Shown here one piece after another: positions 27,931 through 32,000 of a stretch of 32,000 nucleotides of DNA (position 1 is its first letter; the number at the start of each line of letters is the position of its first letter). This DNA is from Candidatus Saccharimonadota bacterium (GTDB lineage Bacteria; Patescibacteriota; Microgenomatia; UBA1406; GWC2-37-13): assembly GCA_016700135.1 (NCBI GenBank), contig CP065004.1:840001-872000 (forward strand), read 5' to 3'. Both the position numbers and the translations under genes were made by a program. The notes beneath the pieces were generated by a model. The model did not search any database. It had not been told where the DNA came from and saw only the letters and a program-made list of their open reading frames with translations.

Positions 27931-29153
27931 AAGCATTTTTAAACCCTATAACAACTTCACTTTTCACAATACTGCTTCTCGCTGCCGGAGCAATACATGC
28001 ACAATCCGGATATGAATACACGAGCCCTACACCAAGTGTTGATAGTGTCATTTCGAATTTTCAGTTTATTCAAAATGTTGCACCGAGGGATGAACCTCTG
28101 CCGGTACCTATAGAGATGCCAGTCTCGACAAATCGTCTTTCGGATTATGTGGTTGTAGATACCGGAACCAATACCTTGCAGCCCCGTACCATTGTGACAA
28201 GATCGGAAAATATTCCCGTTACCGTTACAGTTTACAGTTCCACCTCAAGTGCGTCACTGCTCCATGACGGAGAGACATCCACATTTGAGACATATCAGAT
28301 TGATCAAAACCCGGCGGTAACCGGAGCCTCCGTATTTGTCTCTTTGCATTACACCTACGAAAAACCCATCCAAACGAGTAACCTGGTCACGGTTCTTGAC
28401 CGGAATGTGGTCATGCCTCAACGCATTAGTATTCAGTCAAGAAACGGACAAAACGACAACTGGGAATTTATCACTAATAATGCATCGATGAGCAGTACTG
28501 TTTACTTTCCGCAAACTACGGCACGTGAGTTTCTCGTAACTCTTACATACAATCAGCCGCTCCGTATCGCTGAAATGAATTTTGTGCAAAACCCGACGGC
28601 AGAATCGTATTATCTGAGATTTGTAGCAAGACCAAAGACAGCTTATGCAGTGTACAGTATGCCTGAAGGGAATGTTCCTTATATTCCTTATCTGGACAAT
28701 CTGAATCTGACATCCACCACTCTGGAGACGGTCGCATTCAACTCCACCCGTTTACCGAATCCGAAATATGTCCCTCCGGACACTGATAAAGACGGCATTA
28801 TTGACAGCCGGGACAACTGCATCAGCGTTGCAAATGCCGACCAGGCTGACTTGAATAAAAATAATCAGGGGGATGCCTGCGAAGACTCAGATCTGGACGG
28901 CGTCATCAACGCTAATGATAACTGTCCCGATATGCCGAATCCCAATCAGCAGGACGAAGACAGTGACGGAAAAGGGGACCACTGTGACGGAGTAGAGAGC
29001 AGATGGGTAGAACAGCTGTCATTTCTTCCGTGGATCGGTATCGGAGTCGGTTTCATCGTTGTTCTGGCACTTTTCAAGTTTTCACTTTCGAAACAAACTC
29101 CAGAAGAAGCCTCTGAAGTAATGCCACAAAATAAGGAAGACACTAATAAATAA
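27927..29153 (+). CDS. Secreted protein with thrombospondin type-3 Ca-binding repeats and a C-terminal TM anchor
   Basis: ATG 27927 overlaps the upstream stop (ATGA). The signal peptide is MKAFLNPITTSLFTILLLAAGAIHAQS. Repeats are DTDKDGIIDSRDNC, DSDLDGVINANDNCP and DEDSDGKGDHCD. The C-terminal helix is FLPWIGIGVGFIVVLALF. Confidence 0.75.
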   Translation: MKAFLNPITTSLFTILLLAAGAIHAQSGYEYTSPTPSVDSVISNFQFIQNVAPRDEPLPVPIEMPVSTNRLSDYVVVDTGTNTLQPRTIVTRSENIPVTVTVYSSTSSASLLHDGETSTFETYQIDQNPAVTGASVFVSLHYTYEKPIQTSNLVTVLDRNVVMPQRISIQSRNGQNDNWEFITNNASMSSTVYFPQTTAREFLVTLTYNQPLRIAEMNFVQNPTAESYYLRFVARPKTAYAVYSMPEGNVPYIPYLDNLNLTSTTLETVAFNSTRLPNPKYVPPDTDKDGIIDSRDNCISVANADQADLNKNNQGDACEDSDLDGVINANDNCPDMPNPNQQDEDSDGKGDHCDGVESRWVEQLSFLPWIGIGVGFIVVLALFKFSLSKQTPEEASEVMPQNKEDTNK

Positions 29154-29595
29154 CGACTTTCGTTCCTATCGGTGCCCATTCATAAAGCCAGTCGGCTTCA
29201 GCAAGCGATACATTCACGCAACCGTTGCTCATGGGTGTACCGAAGTTGTTGTGCCAATAGGCTCCGTGGATCGCATACCCTTTATAAAAATACATAACAT
29301 CCGTCACTCCGGGATGATCATAGTATCCGTTTACTGAAGAATAGCCCCGCATCCTCTGCACAGGAAGTTTCCAGTAGGTTTTGTATGTACTCTTAACGGT
29401 GGGGGTTTGTGAAAGTCCCGTGGAAACAGGAGTACTCCTCACTATTTTGCCGTCCTCCCAGGCATAGAGCATCTGGTTGGAAGTGTCAACCGTAATCAGC
29501 TTTTCTGTAGTAATAATCTCTTCAGCATGTATGCCAGCAAAGGAAACAAAAAGAAACATGGTGAAAGTAACCAGAACAATTCTGATGTATCTCAT
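29143..29595 (-). CDS. L,D-transpeptidase (YkuD domain)
   Basis: Signal peptide, then ...YAIHGAYWHNNFGTPMSNGCVNV (the HG...S.GC catalytic motif). Its start codon lies 12 nt from the IS end at 29608. Confidence 0.85.
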   Translation of the reverse strand: MRYIRIVLVTFTMFLFVSFAGIHAEEIITTEKLITVDTSNQMLYAWEDGKIVRSTPVSTGLSQTPTVKSTYKTYWKLPVQRMRGYSSVNGYYDHPGVTDVMYFYKGYAIHGAYWHNNFGTPMSNGCVNVSLAEADWLYEWAPIGTKVVIY

Positions 29596-29607
29596 ATGAA
29601 TAACAGT

Positions 29608-30322
29608 GGCTCTAGACTAGCAGAGTAGTGCTAAACTAGAGGTATGGTTTGTAACAATAGGCCGATATCAAAATACAAGAGAAAAAAGATACTATGGTGT
29701 TTTGCACACGATCTGAGTGCTACACAGACCTCTGGTATTTTGGGTCTCAACCGCAATACAGTCAACAAATATTACAATAATATTCGTCAACTCATATATC
29801 ATCACCAAGTGCACCAGATGCAACGATATGTTGGTGGTGAGATAGAAATTGATGAATCATACTTTGGACCTCGAAGGATGAGAGGCAAGTCAAGTAAAAG
29901 AGGTCGTGGGACGTCATTTAAGCAGGTAGTATTTGGGATATATGAGCGTCAAGGACGTGTATTTACTCGTATCATTCCAAACTGTAAAAGAAGAACGCTA
30001 CATGCTGTTATGAAGGGAAAGATTGACTTGAACAGTACTGTATATTCAGATTCGTGGAGCGGATACAACGGACTTGTTGATGTCGGGTATGACAAACATT
30101 TGAGAATCAATCACAAGAAAAATGAGTTCTCAAATACAAAAGGGGTCCATATCAATGGCATAGAGTCATTCTGGTCCTTTTGTAAAAGACGTCTCGTTAA
30201 GTTCAATGGTGTAAAGAAAAACTTTCCATTACACTTGAAAGAGTGTGAATGGAGATGGAGCAAATCCCCATCGATCCTTTACAATGAACTATTACAAATT
30301 GTTAATGTGCTAGTCTAGAGCC
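29608..30322 (+). mobile_element. Intact IS1595-family (ISXO2-like) insertion sequence, 715 bp
   Basis: Perfect 15-bp terminal inverted repeats: GGCTCTAGACTAGCA at 29608-29622 and its complement at 30308-30322. It has a single transposase ORF and is inserted inside a serine recombinase gene. Confidence 0.9.
29644..30318 (+). CDS. IS1595-family DDE transposase (ISXO2-like)
   Basis: N-terminal HTH, then IEIDESYFGPRR..RGRGTSFKQVVFGIYERQGRV..TVYSDSWSGYNGL..HLRINHKKNEF..HINGIESFWSFCKRRL..LHLKECEWRW, the typical ISXO2-like DDE domain. Confidence 0.9.
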   Translation: MVCNNRPISKYKRKKILWCFAHDLSATQTSGILGLNRNTVNKYYNNIRQLIYHHQVHQMQRYVGGEIEIDESYFGPRRMRGKSSKRGRGTSFKQVVFGIYERQGRVFTRIIPNCKRRTLHAVMKGKIDLNSTVYSDSWSGYNGLVDVGYDKHLRINHKKNEFSNTKGVHINGIESFWSFCKRRLVKFNGVKKNFPLHLKECEWRWSKSPSILYNELLQIVNVLV

Positions 30323-30692
30323 TTAGTAAATGATTGAGAGTAGGTTTTAATATGCAATAGTTTCCCTTGATCCATTAAGTCTACAATTCGTCCTAAATCT
30401 CCGGCATTGCGGGATAGTCTATCAGGTGCCCAAGTGAGGATGGCGTTAAATTTTCCTTCTGCCAGTTCTTTCAGAAGCCTGTTAAACTCTGGACGTTGTC
30501 CTGATTCTTTAGCGGAATGGCTTTCAGTAATAACCTCAACGACATTTAACTTCTCCCGCTTTGCCATTAATCTCATTTCCTGAAGCTGCCCGTCAATACC
30601 ATTGCCTGCCGCTCATCAGATTCACTCGATTTTCTCGCATACAAACAGTATCCGATTGCTTCTGTTTTGCCCTTGGTTGTGATCCTTTCCAT
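30323..30692 (-). pseudogene. Large serine recombinase, N-terminal catalytic domain (frameshifted, truncated by the IS)
   Basis: From ATG 30692 it reads MERITTKGKTEAIGYCLYARKSSESDERQAM, shifts frame, then continues IDGQLQEMRLMAKREKLNVVEVITESHSAKESGQRPEFNRLLKELAEGKFNAILTWAPDRLSRNAGDLGRIVDLMDQGKLLHIKTYSQSFT| and runs into the IS end at 30322. Confidence 0.8.
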
Positions 30693-30786
30693 ACAACACA
30701 ATGAATGACGCAACCGTACTATGAAGTCAAGGCGCAAGATACTATACGATTAAAAAGAGAAATTTACTAACATTTATATGAGGAAG

Positions 30787-32000
30787 TTAGGCCGAAGGTG
30801 TCTGTGATTGAGCTTTCCAAGATTTTACTACCTGAGGTTGAGCATCTGGAGACTCTTTATAACTCAATTCTTCTATTAACCCATGTGCTGCATGAGCTAC
30901 TTTTCCTGCCACTGCAAGTTCTTGTGGATTGGTTACCCCTGTAAAAGTAAGTTCTCGTGCGTTATTTACTGCCTCAGTTGCTAGCGTAAGCGCTGCTTTC
31001 TCTGGATCACCATCAGCAGCTTCTAATGCTGCATGTACATCTTGTGTAACAGATGTTCTTTGATCTCTGGGCAATAAGTCAGGGTTTCGCTGAGTAGTTT
31101 TCGGAACTAAATCATGGGTACGAAAATCAAGATGCTGGAATACTTCCACATCTCCAAGCTTTAAGGAACTTGAGTATGAATGAAAACTATCAAACATACG
31201 AAGTGCAACATGTGGGGGAATTTTAGAAAGATCCACATTTTTAAGATCAATTTTATTTCTTCCAACCTCAACTCCTAATGTCTCCTGAAGAGCACGTCCT
31301 GATCTTACAGCTTCCATATCTGTTATTTCTTTTCCTGCTAAATCAACCTCTACATCTTCTGGCGTTTTTGATTCAATTTTGCCCATCATTTCGCCTGTTC
31401 CATCATAAACTACAACTTCTTTTGCAAGCGTATAAGAAATAACTCGATCCATACCAAGACGTGTTGCTGCAAATGCTGCACCTTGAGATAACCACATAGG
31501 AATCCCAGTCATCCGAACTGTATTAACTCCACGTGCTTTAAGTTCTTTCAACTGTGCTGCAACTTCTCGCATATATTCTTGTGCTTTAGTAGGATCAGCC
31601 ATTTGTTGCATCGCTTCAGGATTATCAGCAAAGGTTAATCGAAGATCTACAACGTCTGTTGGAGCATTGGGATCAAGTTTGGAGGGTGGAACTTCAGCAA
31701 GTAATGGTTTGGTCGGATGATCTGGAATATCAGCAGCAAATTCATCAGACCATAATACAACTCTACCTTCACGTCCTGGATTATTGAATGCAAATTCTTT
31801 GACCTTAGAACCAGGTTTACCTGCCTCCGCTGCAACACCCATATAAATATCCATGAGTGTTCCACCTGTTAAATCAAGACTTTTACTATCAAAAACTTTT
31901 TTTGTTCTGGCAACTTTTACATATTCTGCAAGTTGGTATATATCTGCTTTTCCACCTTCGTAGAGGTCTTTACTAACATCAAATACTCGTGGTTCTGATT
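30787..32000 (-). CDS. Large hypothetical protein (5' end outside the window), possibly with a CARF-like Rossmann sensor motif
   Basis: The frame stays open from 30787 to the window end; the listed Met at 31854 is internal. The upstream part reads ...VFDVSKDLYEGGKADIYQLAEYVKVARTKKVFDSKSLDLTGGTLMDIYMGVAAEAG... The remaining ~340 aa has no recognised family. Confidence 0.6.
   Translation of the reverse strand, partial: SEPRVFDVSKDLYEGGKADIYQLAEYVKVARTKKVFDSKSLDLTGGTLMDIYMGVAAEAGKPGSKVKEFAFNNPGREGRVVLWSDEFAADIPDHPTKPLLAEVPPSKLDPNAPTDVVDLRLTFADNPEAMQQMADPTKAQEYMREVAAQLKELKARGVNTVRMTGIPMWLSQGAAFAATRLGMDRVISYTLAKEVVVYDGTGEMMGKIESKTPEDVEVDLAGKEITDMEAVRSGRALQETLGVEVGRNKIDLKNVDLSKIPPHVALRMFDSFHSYSSSLKLGDVEVFQHLDFRTHDLVPKTTQRNPDLLPRDQRTSVTQDVHAALEAADGDPEKAALTLATEAVNNARELTFTGVTNPQELAVAGKVAHAAHGLIEELSYKESPDAQPQVVKSWKAQSQTPSA

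Noticed and set aside
1-32000. Alternative genetic code (UGA or UAG reassignment) as the explanation for the broken genes
   Set aside because: Long genes (copA, phr, hflX, the DUF2339-like gene) are uninterrupted under the standard bacterial code. The breaks in csoR, HMA-TauE, crtI, crtB and the recombinase are changes of reading frame, not in-frame stops. The single in-frame TAG at 115-117 is isolated.
1-32000. CRISPR arrays, rRNA genes, tmRNA, RNase P or SRP RNA
   Set aside because: No regularly spaced direct repeats and none of the conserved cores of these RNAs were seen on either strand by eye. The only structured RNAs supported are tRNA-Ser and the FMN riboswitch.

Overview
Bacterial window, shown by LexA, HflX, NadD/NadE, an L,D-transpeptidase and a bacterial-type tRNA-Ser. 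GC is low to moderate and many genes are tightly packed or overlapping. RRM RNA-binding proteins and Cys-rich secreted proteins suggest a reduced CPR/Patescibacteria-like genome, but that is inference only. Layout from left to right: (1) 1-4443: a transposase fragment, then a copper cassette in which csoR and an HMA/TauE-like/cupredoxin gene are riddled with frameshifts while the P-type ATPase copA is intact. (2) 4.9-11.4 kb: housekeeping and hypothetical genes, namely a metallophosphoesterase + nucleotidyltransferase pair, nadD-nadE, hflX, a possible HEPN-like protein and a GC-rich orphan. (3) 11.5-12.75 kb: an EamA/DMT transporter preceded by a clear FMN (RFN) riboswitch on the minus strand. 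The ORF track does not show the riboswitch; two spurious ORFs cover it. (4) 12.8-15.2 kb: a Cys-rich secreted repeat protein, a small secreted protein and a HAD hydrolase. (5) 15.25-21.5 kb: a photoprotection island. A class II photolyase sits divergent from a translationally coupled carotenoid operon: crtI, crtB, polyprenyl synthase, a UbiA prenyltransferase (lycopene-elongase-like) and a CruF-like protein. crtI and crtB each carry one homopolymer frameshift. (6) 21.5-23.1 kb: an HD protein and two RRM proteins. (7) 23.4-30.7 kb: two inverted copies of a ~715-bp IS1595-like element, one intact and one decayed. They bracket a 5.5-kb block carrying the recombinase 3' part, tRNA-Ser(GGA), lexA, a DUF2339-like/TSP3-repeat operon and ldt. 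Swapped 7-bp target duplications and a bisected large serine recombinase pseudogene show this block was inverted by IS-IS recombination. (8) 30.8-32 kb: a large unknown ORF running off the window, with a CARF-like TGGT motif; it is probably cargo of a tRNA-Ser-associated island. No CRISPR array, rRNA or clear complete defence system was seen. The most unusual items are the proven inversion, the variant FMN riboswitch/DMT transporter pair, the bacterioruberin-like carotenoid operon and the indel-dominated decay confined to accessory DNA.
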